Source of the DNA: Cronobacter phage vB_Cdu_VP8
Sequence record: OQ361773.1
DNA: 32,000 bases
Reading direction: 5' to 3' (one strand)
Both the position numbers and the translations under genes were made by a program. Numbering within the stretch: the first letter of the stretch is position 1; every line of letters begins with the position of its first letter. Below are positions 8,716 through 17,151 of the stretch, piece after piece. The notes below the pieces were generated by a model, which saw nothing but the letters and a program-made list of their open reading frames with translations, did not search any database and was not told where the DNA came from.

Positions 8716-8980
8716 TCCTCAACATTTCATCAATCTCCTTATCGGATAGCTCTTCAGGATTTGAGCGGCGAATATGAAGTCGAAGCGCATCCACTACACA
8801 GATAATGACGTCTGCACATTCGCCAGCGAATTCTTCTTTCTGGCGCCATGGACGCAATACCCAATCGCATGCTTCACCTGTTTCAGATGCTAGGTGAAGC
8901 ATAACGTTTTCAATGGCTCTGTATCCATACAGTTTGTCTGCCTGAGCAGAGGTCTTCAGCAGCTTGTGAGTCTCAATCAT
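8642..8980 (-). CDS. MazG-like NTP pyrophosphohydrolase candidate, 112 aa
   Basis: LASETGEACDW...EFAGECADVIICVVDAL fits the ExxE...ExxD MazG pattern. Confidence 0.65.
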   Translation of the reverse strand: MIETHKLLKTSAQADKLYGYRAIENVMLHLASETGEACDWVLRPWRQKEEFAGECADVIICVVDALRLHIRRSNPEELSDKEIDEMLRNELNKQISIKTDKWKNIIDADVQL

Positions 8981-9669
8981 TAACCGCGACCTTTAGGCAG
9001 TGAAAGTGGATCGGTATTCTCTTCAGACGGTGCGTCTTCAAGGCCGAGCGCATATCGTTTTGCATATTTCAGCATCAGGATATCTTTTGCTGTATCGTGG
9101 ACGGAGTTGTGTGCAACAAATCCATTCAAGGTACCAGCTGGAAGAGGAGTGGTAGTCATGTTACGAACCAGTAGAAGAGATTCGATTGCAGTACGAACAT
9201 CGCGCTGGTTCCAGAAAGCACATGGTTCCAATTTGAAGGTATCTTCACCTTGAGCAGCGATTTCGTTACGAATCAAGTTTACCAGAATTGGCCAGTCGAA
9301 TGATTGACCACGACACCAACCTTGACTTTCCCAGAAGTTGATGTTTTGTTCTTTCAGATATTCCAGAACCAGGCGAGTACCAACTTCAGTGGTCACGTCC
9401 TTATTAGAAGGTGTCAATCCAGCTTTAGCTTCTGGGGACTGATTTTTCCACCATTCGATAGTGGATGGATCGAATTCTCGTTTACCTTTCTGAGATTTCA
9501 GATCGAATTTCACATGCAGTGCACGAGATACGAGTTCATCAAATGTTTCGACTACTTCAGGGTCTGGATTGAACGCAATCACAGCAACGTCGATAACGGC
9601 AGCGTTTGCTGCCTTTGCGAAGGTTTCGTAGTCGAACATGAAGTCCATTGTTACTTTCATTTCATCCAA
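8980..9669 (-). CDS. dexA: exonuclease A (3'-5' DnaQ-fold), DexA
   Basis: DYETFAKAANAAVIDVAVIAFNPDPEVVETFDELVSR, FDLKSQKG, STIEWWKNQSPEA, FWNQRD, GFVAHNSVHDTAKDILMLKYA closely match T4 DexA. Confidence 0.95.
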   Translation of the reverse strand: MDEMKVTMDFMFDYETFAKAANAAVIDVAVIAFNPDPEVVETFDELVSRALHVKFDLKSQKGKREFDPSTIEWWKNQSPEAKAGLTPSNKDVTTEVGTRLVLEYLKEQNINFWESQGWCRGQSFDWPILVNLIRNEIAAQGEDTFKLEPCAFWNQRDVRTAIESLLLVRNMTTTPLPAGTLNGFVAHNSVHDTAKDILMLKYAKRYALGLEDAPSEENTDPLSLPKGRG

Positions 9670-9914
9670 CCTTGTAAGCGATTAACGATATCATCTGGCA
9701 AAAAGATGACAATTTCTGATTTCGGGATATCTAACTCTTCAGCTAAACGGAGATGGTCTTCAAGGAGGTCTGATGCTTCATACAGAATCTGCAACTGAGC
9801 AGCAGGTGGTGTTCTACCTGCTTTCTGTCCAGATCGTATGGCACGATCTTCTTCACGAAGTTCAGCATACCGATCCATGATTTTTGTTGCTTGGTCAACG
9901 TTCAATTTCAACAT
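9657..9914 (-). CDS. hypothetical protein, 85 aa
   Basis: ORF between dexA and dda. Confidence 0.75.
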   Translation of the reverse strand: MLKLNVDQATKIMDRYAELREEDRAIRSGQKAGRTPPAAQLQILYEASDLLEDHLRLAEELDIPKSEIVIFLPDDIVNRLQGWMK

Positions 9915-9918
9915 GATG

Positions 9919-11253
9919 TTATCCTACATAATGACATGAATATCGAGGCCTGGTCAATCCAACATACTTAAGCTGTTTTGCCAGTTCTGGGTCAAAATAT
10001 TCTACACTACTCATACATGGAAGGTACATAAAGGCATTATCATAGGTAGAGCCTTGAGATTTGTGGAATGTCTGTGCTGGCAACGCTTTAATTTTCTGGA
10101 ACTGATTTTTGAGTTCCCAGAAATCTTGCCAGTACTTTTTGCCGGTTGTGTTCTTGTACTCGGTTGCTACCTTGGCCAAGAACATCTGGAATCGTTGCAT
10201 TTCATTGTCATCGACGATGACTTGAATCCATGAAACGTTCGAGTTGTCTTCATCAAGAGATTCAACTTCCAGCCGATGGTATGACAAGTCCAGTTCAGCG
10301 TTCACTCCACGGCATGTGTAAGAGCGATTCATTTTCTGAATTTGAAGGATTCGGAGCTGTTCACCATTGCTGAAAATGACCTCTTTGAAGGTCTCAGCTC
10401 CCAGTTTAAGTTCAACCATGTAAGGCTCTTGCATTACGATGACTTCATCATGGATGAACGGCTTATCAGTCTTATAAACTTTACGACGAATGTATCTGTT
10501 CAACATATCGACTGATTTGTTGGTGTATGCCATCCACCTATTAGCAAGCAAATCTTCAGGCGTTTTGACCAGATCGAAATATGGAGCAAAGATACCATTC
10601 AAACTTTCATGCTTGAATACGCCAGTCCCATTGATAACGTTCGGATAGAGGTCTGAACCGTTACGAACATCGGTAGCAACTTGGATGATGCCATCGCCTG
10701 AACGTTTCACTTCAGTCAAAAAGCACTGATCAAATCGTTTGTCCGAGAAGAACGGACTCAAGGATGTTTCGGAGTCACCCGGGGAGACTGGTTTGATTTG
10801 GTCTTTATCACCTAAAGCAATGATGACACACCATGAAGGCAAGGAATTCATCAGGATATCGAACAGAGCCTTATCATAGAACGACGCTTCATCACAGAAA
10901 AGGACTCGGGCCTTGCTCAAGTCTGGCATCTTTTTCTGCTGGAAAATCTGGTTCTCTTCATAGGTGACTGGGTTTATTTTAAGAAGAGATTGAATCGTTT
11001 GAACTGGTTGACCAATCAATTCTGCTAGCACTCGTTTAGCTGCGTGAGTTGGAGCTGCAGCATAGACTCCGGAAATGCCTTGTTTCAGCAACCAGCTGAA
11101 AAGGAATTTGACTAGCGTCGATTTACCAGTACCAGCTGGACCATTGATACACAAGTGTTGTCGTTTTACTCCGTTTCGTTGAACGTGAGCCTTGAATGAC
11201 TCGAACGACTCGAGCTGACCTTTCGTCAGCATGTCTTCTGTAATGAGACTCAT
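9919..11253 (-). CDS. dda: Dda DNA helicase (SF1B)
   Basis: INGPAGTGKSTL Walker A, FCDEASFYD, ALGDKDQIKPV, TFHKSQGSTYDNAF, VGLTRPR; next to dexA as in T4. Confidence 0.95.
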   Translation of the reverse strand: MSLITEDMLTKGQLESFESFKAHVQRNGVKRQHLCINGPAGTGKSTLVKFLFSWLLKQGISGVYAAAPTHAAKRVLAELIGQPVQTIQSLLKINPVTYEENQIFQQKKMPDLSKARVLFCDEASFYDKALFDILMNSLPSWCVIIALGDKDQIKPVSPGDSETSLSPFFSDKRFDQCFLTEVKRSGDGIIQVATDVRNGSDLYPNVINGTGVFKHESLNGIFAPYFDLVKTPEDLLANRWMAYTNKSVDMLNRYIRRKVYKTDKPFIHDEVIVMQEPYMVELKLGAETFKEVIFSNGEQLRILQIQKMNRSYTCRGVNAELDLSYHRLEVESLDEDNSNVSWIQVIVDDNEMQRFQMFLAKVATEYKNTTGKKYWQDFWELKNQFQKIKALPAQTFHKSQGSTYDNAFMYLPCMSSVEYFDPELAKQLKYVGLTRPRYSCHYVG

Positions 11254-11552
11254 ATCGCTAATTTTGCCTTCTTCAGAGTAGCAGTTCGTAATTCGCGTCT
11301 ACGAATTTCTGCAATGTTCCCAGTCCAAGTGTGGACTACTTCTTCAGTGTACTTTGGACCAAACAACTTCTTTGGAACTACAAGACGCTGTACAAGACGT
11401 CCTGCTAAAGTGGTTTGTAAGTACTCCTTGTGAGACTGAAGGAGTTTTTCAGCGTCATTTTTGGATTCTGCAGCCAAGATTTGACCATCTTCATCGACAC
11501 ATGGCATCCAGAATCCATCAACATCATGCCATGCTACCGTGTATAAATTCAT
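11250..11552 (-). CDS. hypothetical protein, 100 aa
   Basis: ORF with ATGA overlap to dda. Confidence 0.75.
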   Translation of the reverse strand: MNLYTVAWHDVDGFWMPCVDEDGQILAAESKNDAEKLLQSHKEYLQTTLAGRLVQRLVVPKKLFGPKYTEEVVHTWTGNIAEIRRRELRTATLKKAKLAI

Positions 11553-11561
11553 GTTTTCTCC

Positions 11562-12395
11562 TTATTTGAAGATTATACCAAATTTTACACACAGCATTTC
11601 CCAGAATTCAAGTTTTGTATCCATAGGCAAGCCACGTTCAAGGTTGAATCGTTCCGCATCACTTGCTTGGAATAGACGTTCGATGCGAGGAATGATGATG
11701 TCATATTTCTTGAGACGATTTGCAGCTTGACGACGAGAAAGCGCAATCTTTGGGTTTGACTTAAGTGTGAATATAATGGTTAGAGCCCTTGCAATTTGTT
11801 CCTGAAAATCATCAATTTCCTTGTTGATTCTAGCAATTGCTAGACGATGTTCAACAATTGATTTCTCGGCGCCAGCGATTCTTTCAAGAGCAGGACCACG
11901 TTTGTCTTCTGCCCATCCTTCCAAAGAAGCAATCCGACGTTTCTGTTTTTCAATGGCATTGTTCATGTTCTTTGTGGCGCCGTTGATCTTTTTCTGACGG
12001 ACTGTTATTGAAGCTTTGCAAGCTGCGATCATTTTCTTTTGCTGATGAATGAGTTCAGTGAATGAGTTGTTCATTGCAAATGAGGATTCGATTCTGTCAT
12101 GATGGCGATCGATGAGCAGAGTCTCGAGTTCCTTATCTCCACGAAAAGCATTGTACTTCACCATCACTGGGATGACATTTCCGCATACATATCCGAACTG
12201 ATTGTCCCAACGTTCGAATGACATGTTCTCACCTTTCTTATTGGTGAAAGGAAGTCCAGAGTATGCACAATGGGTCTGCATCATCAGGTTTCGAACGTAT
12301 TCGAAAGTGAGGTTGAACTCTTTTCCACGCTTCTTCGCAGACTTTTTGATTTGTGCGATTTTAGCCCAAACTTCAGTATCAGTAATCATTTTCAA
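11562..12395 (-). CDS. HNH-like nuclease candidate with a central coiled coil, 277 aa
   Basis: CAYSGLPFTNKKGENMSFERWDNQFGYVCGNVIPVMVKYNAFRG resembles the C..TG..(S.DR.D...GY..GN....)N..K pattern of phage HNH-type proteins. Confidence 0.5.
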   Translation of the reverse strand: MKMITDTEVWAKIAQIKKSAKKRGKEFNLTFEYVRNLMMQTHCAYSGLPFTNKKGENMSFERWDNQFGYVCGNVIPVMVKYNAFRGDKELETLLIDRHHDRIESSFAMNNSFTELIHQQKKMIAACKASITVRQKKINGATKNMNNAIEKQKRRIASLEGWAEDKRGPALERIAGAEKSIVEHRLAIARINKEIDDFQEQIARALTIIFTLKSNPKIALSRRQAANRLKKYDIIIPRIERLFQASDAERFNLERGLPMDTKLEFWEMLCVKFGIIFK

Positions 12396-12422
12396 GTTCC
12401 ATTTAGCTTCAGTGTAGTTATC

Positions 12423-12998
12423 TTAACATACATCGTTGTCGCTGTAAACAGCCTCAGTGAAAATAATGACATTTGATGAAAGTTCTTCATTTACCATCGT
12501 CGAGAGGACTTTAATGCGTTGTTCTGGCAACACAATCCACTCGTCCTCACGAGTGAGCATATCAATTTGCTCGTCACGATACGATTCCCATCCTTTGTTG
12601 GCTGGTCTACGAGCTAGGAGAGTGCGTTTGAGTTCGTCATCGGCGTCCATGAGGATGTCTATCGCAAGTCTACCGAGATGGCAAACTCGAGCACCGTCAG
12701 CATTTAAGCAATGAACTGTATGCGTTTCATAGCACCACATTCCTGCAAAATCATTGGCTGTGTTCATATTGGTGCTGAATGAGATAGCGTTTGGATAATT
12801 CAACAAAGTACCATCTGCGATGTTGTATCCTACTGCTTCACAATCCTCATGTGTCATACCTCGAAAAAGACTCAATCTGCCCTTCACTCGATGACTGTTT
12901 TCGCGCATGATTTGAGTGAATTCATCCTGCCAGGGCTTGTCCCAGAATTTTTCAACTGTTGCTTGTAAAATGATGAGTTTTTCGTCTAAGAATAGCAT
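12423..12998 (-). CDS. candidate mono-ADP-ribosyltransferase (ModA/ModB/Alt-like), 191 aa
   Basis: R motif LSLFRGMT, STS-like ISFSTNMNTANDFAG, ExE REDEWIVLPEQRIKVLS; located close to dda, as T4 mod genes are; strong SD AGGAGG. Confidence 0.6.
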   Translation of the reverse strand: MLFLDEKLIILQATVEKFWDKPWQDEFTQIMRENSHRVKGRLSLFRGMTHEDCEAVGYNIADGTLLNYPNAISFSTNMNTANDFAGMWCYETHTVHCLNADGARVCHLGRLAIDILMDADDELKRTLLARRPANKGWESYRDEQIDMLTREDEWIVLPEQRIKVLSTMVNEELSSNVIIFTEAVYSDNDVC

Positions 12999-13021
12999 GA
13001 TTCCTCCTGTATGTAAGAGGA

Positions 13022-13050
13022 ATCATATCACAAAGGAAGGGCGTTGTAAA
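13022..13050 (-). promoter_or_regulatory. early-type promoter: TTTACA, 17-nt spacer, TATGAT
   Basis: plus strand tgtaaa (13045-13050), atcata (13022-13027); directly upstream of the ART candidate. Confidence 0.8.
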
Positions 13051-13054
13051 CAAG

Positions 13055-13438
13055 TTAGTCACAACTGCTTGAAGAGGAACAGCCAGAATCATAACTACCA
13101 GAGTCGTAGCTAGAGGAGCTTGAGGAATGAGTGTAGACAGCAGATGCAATGATAGCGTCTGCTGTGCTTGTGGTGGATGACGTACGAGATGAACTTGAGT
13201 CAAAACGCATAGCAGTCATTCGTTTCTGTGAATTTCGGACGTAGTCTTGAGACTGCTTCAACATCGCTTTAAGGTCGCTCTGCCGATTTGCTTCCTTGGT
13301 TTCAGCTTGTGCTCGAGGTACACGAACGAGTTCCATGGTGCCATCGCCCATGTACATGTACTCTTCTACGAAATCTTCCTCTTCTTTGATTTCAGGTTCT
13401 TTTCCGCGGAACAGTGAAAGAATTTTATCAAGATTCAT
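13055..13438 (-). CDS. hypothetical protein with Ser-rich low-complexity C-terminus, 127 aa
   Basis: ORF; ends in SSSSSSYDSGSYDSGCSSSSSCD. Confidence 0.75.
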   Translation of the reverse strand: MNLDKILSLFRGKEPEIKEEEDFVEEYMYMGDGTMELVRVPRAQAETKEANRQSDLKAMLKQSQDYVRNSQKRMTAMRFDSSSSRTSSTTSTADAIIASAVYTHSSSSSSYDSGSYDSGCSSSSSCD

Positions 13439-13619
13439 ATTTGCGTGACCACTCTTCGTCAGTCAACATCCATTCATCGATATCAAATGCATTAACGCCT
13501 GTCGTCAGTGCTTTGTGCACAAACTCAGTCCAGTCCTTGATGATGGATTTGTCAAGGAATTTTTCGTTAATCCAGCAAGACCGGATGTACTGAATCCGCT
13601 CATAAGTCAAAATAGTCAT
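13428..13619 (-). CDS. hypothetical protein, 63 aa
   Basis: ORF, operon packing. Confidence 0.7.
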   Translation of the reverse strand: MTILTYERIQYIRSCWINEKFLDKSIIKDWTEFVHKALTTGVNAFDIDEWMLTDEEWSRKYES

Positions 13620-13879
13620 AAGATGATTTGCACCATGTCGTAGATGTGTTCAACCAGTTCCATAGCGAGCTGAGTGTCCAAGTTGATTTCATCAGCGATC
13701 GTCAGGATGATCGGTAACGGAATCTCTTCAGTGGAGAATGATACTACTGATAGCGTAAGGTCTGCTACATGGTCGCCGTAATCGTTTTGACGCTCAATGA
13801 ATACTTCACTGTTTTCGACGATGACCGAGATCTCTTCGAGATTTGACAGTTCAATCCTTCCAACCAAACTTCTGATCAT
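13616..13879 (-). CDS. hypothetical protein, 87 aa (start trimmed to MIRSLVGRIE)
   Basis: ATGA overlap with the upstream stop at 13876-13878 supports start at 13879. Confidence 0.75.
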   Translation of the reverse strand: MIRSLVGRIELSNLEEISVIVENSEVFIERQNDYGDHVADLTLSVVSFSTEEIPLPIILTIADEINLDTQLAMELVEHIYDMVQIIL

Positions 13880-14142
13880 TTGCTTATCTCCGCATATTGA
13901 GGGCCAAGCAGTTGAGCGACTGCAAGGCTCAAGCAACTTTTGCCAAGATTTACACGACCTATTGTACCAACATTGACATGTTCAGGTTTAGGTTGCTTTT
14001 TCGGAAGGATGGCCTCATCTGCCACGATAGGGTTTCTCGTTTTGCCAAGAATCTTAGTCAAGCTAGCAAGACGCTCTTTACGAGACGACCCTTCAACGCT
14101 GTAATCCTTGGCACTGTCGCCACGTTCAACTTTGATTTTCAT
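13876..14142 (-). CDS. small P-loop protein with EF-Tu-like G1 segment (start trimmed to MKIKVERG, 88 aa)
   Basis: [29 protein letters not shown]; start at 14142 overlaps the upstream TGA (ATGA). Confidence 0.75.
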   Translation of the reverse strand: [88 protein letters not shown]

Positions 14143-14264
14143 ATGCATGACCACGCAAAAATTAGACCGACAAAGAATCCGATGAAACAGAGTACAAACA
14201 GAAGGCCGTGTAAGGCCTCCTCTTCTTCATTAATCTCATCATAAAAATCATATATGGTTCGCAT
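14139..14264 (-). CDS. small membrane protein candidate, 41 aa (MRTIYDFYDEINEEEEALHGLLFVLCFIGFFVGLIFAWSCI)
   Basis: fills the gap; ATGA coupling to next gene; upstream AAAGG SD-like; TM-like C-terminus. Confidence 0.65.
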   Translation of the reverse strand: MRTIYDFYDEINEEEEALHGLLFVLCFIGFFVGLIFAWSCI

Positions 14265-14275
14265 CACATTACCTT

Positions 14276-14794
14276 TTAGTAGCCGTTGTCTTGACGAGCA
14301 AAGTTTTCGGCGTTCTTCAAGAAATACAGTTTAAAGATTTCTTCAGCGTCCATACCCAGGGCTGCAAACATGTTCAGCACGAAGTGCAGAATATCGATCA
14401 TTTCGAATTTGATTTCGAGTTGGTCTTTATCAGACAGTTCAGAAATCAGACGTTCACGCATTGTACCGTGATCACCTTTCCATGGTTTCCATACTGCAGA
14501 AGCAGCTTTTTCACCATTTGACATGCCACCAAGTGAGGTCAACAGTTCACGGAATTCATCGTCGATGTAGTCTTTCTGGTTACGTAACCAGTCTACAACT
14601 TCACCTGCTTTGGCCAGATCATCTGGATGACGATTGTAATCTGGCTTATCTTTTGCCAGACGAATCTGCAAGGATTTTTGCATGTCTAACATGACTTGGA
14701 GTGGATCTTCATTACCACGCAGATGACCGTAATAACGAGCTTCTGCTTTGTCTACGCCTTCAATCAGTTGACTGCATTCATTAAAGTGTGGCAT
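14276..14794 (-). CDS. 56: dCTPase/dUTPase (dCTP pyrophosphatase) gp56
   Basis: HFNECSQLIEGVDKA...DPLQVMLDMQKSLQIRLA...DDEFRELLTSLGGMS...LEIKFEMIDILHFVLNMFAALGM...LKNAENFARQDNGY matches T4 gp56. Confidence 0.95.
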   Translation of the reverse strand: MPHFNECSQLIEGVDKAEARYYGHLRGNEDPLQVMLDMQKSLQIRLAKDKPDYNRHPDDLAKAGEVVDWLRNQKDYIDDEFRELLTSLGGMSNGEKAASAVWKPWKGDHGTMRERLISELSDKDQLEIKFEMIDILHFVLNMFAALGMDAEEIFKLYFLKNAENFARQDNGY

Positions 14795-14830
14795 TTTATT
14801 TCCTTTGTGCTTGATTAGAAGGTAATTTTA

Positions 14831-15871
14831 TCATACCTTCGCGTAATGTTTTAATCTCAGTTTCGCTTGAAGACCAGAACAGATATTGTTTCTGATGTAC
14901 TCATCGATTTGTTCAACAGTAGCACCTTCCTTCATTATCATGTCATTGATATCTTTGGATTTCCATGGTGCCTTATCCCAAAATACGACATTCTCACCTG
15001 CTCTCACAAGTTTTTCCATTCGTTTGATTGTGTCCTCTTTACGAGGTTCATGATCCATAATCCATGCACGATTATTTGGATATGGAACTTCACTCAAGGA
15101 TAATGAACCACCTGTGATTGCCATTCCGTTCTTGACGAATAAACTATCCAACGGACCTTCCATGAAGAATACAATATCAGAAGGATTCACCGTATCGGCA
15201 CCATATATTTTGGTCGCTTCAGGATGAGACTTAATTGTCATGTACTTCTGGGGTTGATTTTTAAGTAATGCACGACCTTGGAACGACTCGATTTCTTTTT
15301 GCTTGTTGAAGATAGGAATAACCAAACGCGGTTCATTTTTTTCATACTTGTAGGTCCCTGGATTAACCGAGTTAACAAGTTTAGGCCAATCATTAGTAAA
15401 CCATAATCGATCCCATTTGCCTCGTGGTATCTTCCTGTGGTTCACGTAGTTAATGATCGGATGTGTCTCAGGTAATTTATCGAGACGGGTACAGAACTGT
15501 AAACGAGCTATTTTGGGCTTTTCTTGTTGAGCGACTTTATTTGCCAACAAATCAGAGGACGTATTTTGAGATTTAGGCTTGTACTGAATCTGGTCTTTTT
15601 TCTTTTCGAACAGATATTCCCTGTAGAGTTCCGGTTCATGGTCCCTCAAATAATTGTTGAACCAATCAGAATAGTCGCAGTTATAGCATTTAAGTCTAAA
15701 CGAACCGTTAGTTCCGCCATAGCACCAGAAACGAGCTTTATTTGGGTCAGTTCTTGAGTCACCGCACAAAGGACACCTGGCGTTCAGTTTAAACTGAGCA
15801 CCAGGTATTTTGCGGTATTTTGGAAGTGAGGTGAAAACACGCTCAGCAAATTCTTGGTCTACCCACATCAT
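14831..15871 (-). CDS. 61: DNA primase gp61
   Basis: CPLCGDSRTDPNKARFWCYGG...CYNCDY zinc domain, EPRLVIPIFN, ESFQGRALLKNQPQKYMTI, FFMEGPLDSLF, FWDKAPWKSKDINDMI. Confidence 0.95.
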   Translation of the reverse strand: MMWVDQEFAERVFTSLPKYRKIPGAQFKLNARCPLCGDSRTDPNKARFWCYGGTNGSFRLKCYNCDYSDWFNNYLRDHEPELYREYLFEKKKDQIQYKPKSQNTSSDLLANKVAQQEKPKIARLQFCTRLDKLPETHPIINYVNHRKIPRGKWDRLWFTNDWPKLVNSVNPGTYKYEKNEPRLVIPIFNKQKEIESFQGRALLKNQPQKYMTIKSHPEATKIYGADTVNPSDIVFFMEGPLDSLFVKNGMAITGGSLSLSEVPYPNNRAWIMDHEPRKEDTIKRMEKLVRAGENVVFWDKAPWKSKDINDMIMKEGATVEQIDEYIRNNICSGLQAKLRLKHYAKV

Positions 15872-15883
15872 TTATTCCTCAAA

Positions 15884-15901
15884 GGCCCTATTACTAGGGC
15901 C
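15884..15901 (-). terminator. hairpin/terminator candidate between the 177-aa ORF and gene 61
   Basis: minus-strand GGCCCTA-GTAA-TAGGGCC-TTTG; 7-bp perfect stem, short T-run. Confidence 0.55.
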
Positions 15902-15907
15902 ATTATA

Positions 15908-16441
15908 TCATTTACTTGGTTTGAATTTACGACGTACTTTCTTGACAGCCTTTTTCAGACTACGAGCTAGCACGGATTCGGCTAGCTCTTTGCGGGATTT
16001 CTTTTTACCGACTACAGCAGGACCTTTGTTAGTAACAGCTCCAGTTGTTTCGCCAGTTGCAATATTTGTGGTAGAACCACCTGAATCTCCAGCTACCATC
16101 TCTTGGAGAGCAGCTTCGATTTCAGGACAAGCTTCACAGATCTCTTCAATCTGTGACTCAGTGATTCCGTAACGGCCGGCAGTTGCACTAAAAGCAGATG
16201 CGAGTGCAGACATGCCAGATAGACCAGGTACAGTGTTCATCATACGCTTCATAGAACGAATAGAGGCGTGGAATGAAGTGTAAGCAGTCTTTTCTTCATC
16301 GGTTTTTGGTCGACGAAGGACTTTACCTTGATCGTCAATGATTCCGTAACCATGTGCTTTCCACTCAGTGAATGGTTTTTGCATGAGACGGATAAAGCGA
16401 TAAGCATAGATCATGTCAGTGGTACGAGTGATTTTGGACAT
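15908..16441 (-). CDS. hypothetical protein, 177 aa, basic C-terminus
   Basis: ORF, operon position. Confidence 0.8.
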   Translation of the reverse strand: MSKITRTTDMIYAYRFIRLMQKPFTEWKAHGYGIIDDQGKVLRRPKTDEEKTAYTSFHASIRSMKRMMNTVPGLSGMSALASAFSATAGRYGITESQIEEICEACPEIEAALQEMVAGDSGGSTTNIATGETTGAVTNKGPAVVGKKKSRKELAESVLARSLKKAVKKVRRKFKPSK

Positions 16442-16453
16442 ACGATTCTCCTT

Positions 16454-16654
16454 TTATCTATTTAGTAGTTCTGCAACTACCATGTTCAATGTCCGTTGAG
16501 TGCGAGCAATCGAATCATTCGTCAATTCGATTCCTAATTCACTCTTACCAGTGTCCAGTCGTTTGCGCATGCGCTGCTCGTATGTTTCGAGCAACTCGGT
16601 TGGCATGTAGACTGGCTCTGTAATCAGATACGTTCCAATCAAGTATGGAGTCAT
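16454..16654 (-). CDS. hypothetical protein, 66 aa
   Basis: ORF; TAATG junction with the upstream gene. Confidence 0.7.
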   Translation of the reverse strand: MTPYLIGTYLITEPVYMPTELLETYEQRMRKRLDTGKSELGIELTNDSIARTQRTLNMVVAELLNR

Positions 16655-17151
16655 TACAGACGAGCCTGCAGTGATTTCAGAGTGCTTTTGATTTCAGAGA
16701 TCGACAGATTATCGAATTCGTTGACTAGACGATTGAATCGATCTTTAAACAGAACTTCAGTTCCACCAGATGGGGCGTATTCAGCAGCTACTTCCATAAA
16801 GTCGTGGTACTTACCTTCAATGAAGGCCATGGTGTATGCTTGACCGACAATAAGATCACATTTAACTGGTAACTGGCCTTTCCATGAGAGGGCACCAGAC
16901 GATGTTTTAAAACTATCGAATCCGTTACTCAAGAAGAACGAGAATTTCTTGATTCGAGCTTGCGGAATGCCAGTTGTTTCAATGACACAATCTGGCAAGA
17001 TTACACCGTCAACAGTGACAGTACCGATGATACTGGATTTGCCATCTTCCCACAGACCCAGAAGTACACCTTTATGGATGCCGTTCATGGTGTGCTGCAG
17101 ATCACGAAGTTCAATAGATTTGATTTTACTGCGCATGTTCAAGTTCCTCAA
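16654..17151 (-). CDS. hypothetical protein, 165 aa
   Basis: ORF, operon packing. Confidence 0.75.
   Translation of the reverse strand: MRNLNMRSKIKSIELRDLQHTMNGIHKGVLLGLWEDGKSSIIGTVTVDGVILPDCVIETTGIPQARIKKFSFFLSNGFDSFKTSSGALSWKGQLPVKCDLIVGQAYTMAFIEGKYHDFMEVAAEYAPSGGTEVLFKDRFNRLVNEFDNLSISEIKSTLKSLQARL

Noticed and set aside
12952-13203. 83-aa minus-strand ORF rich in Pro/Leu/Thr
   Set aside because: Crosses the promoter at 13022-13050 and the Ser-rich coding region in a different frame; composition is a shadow artefact
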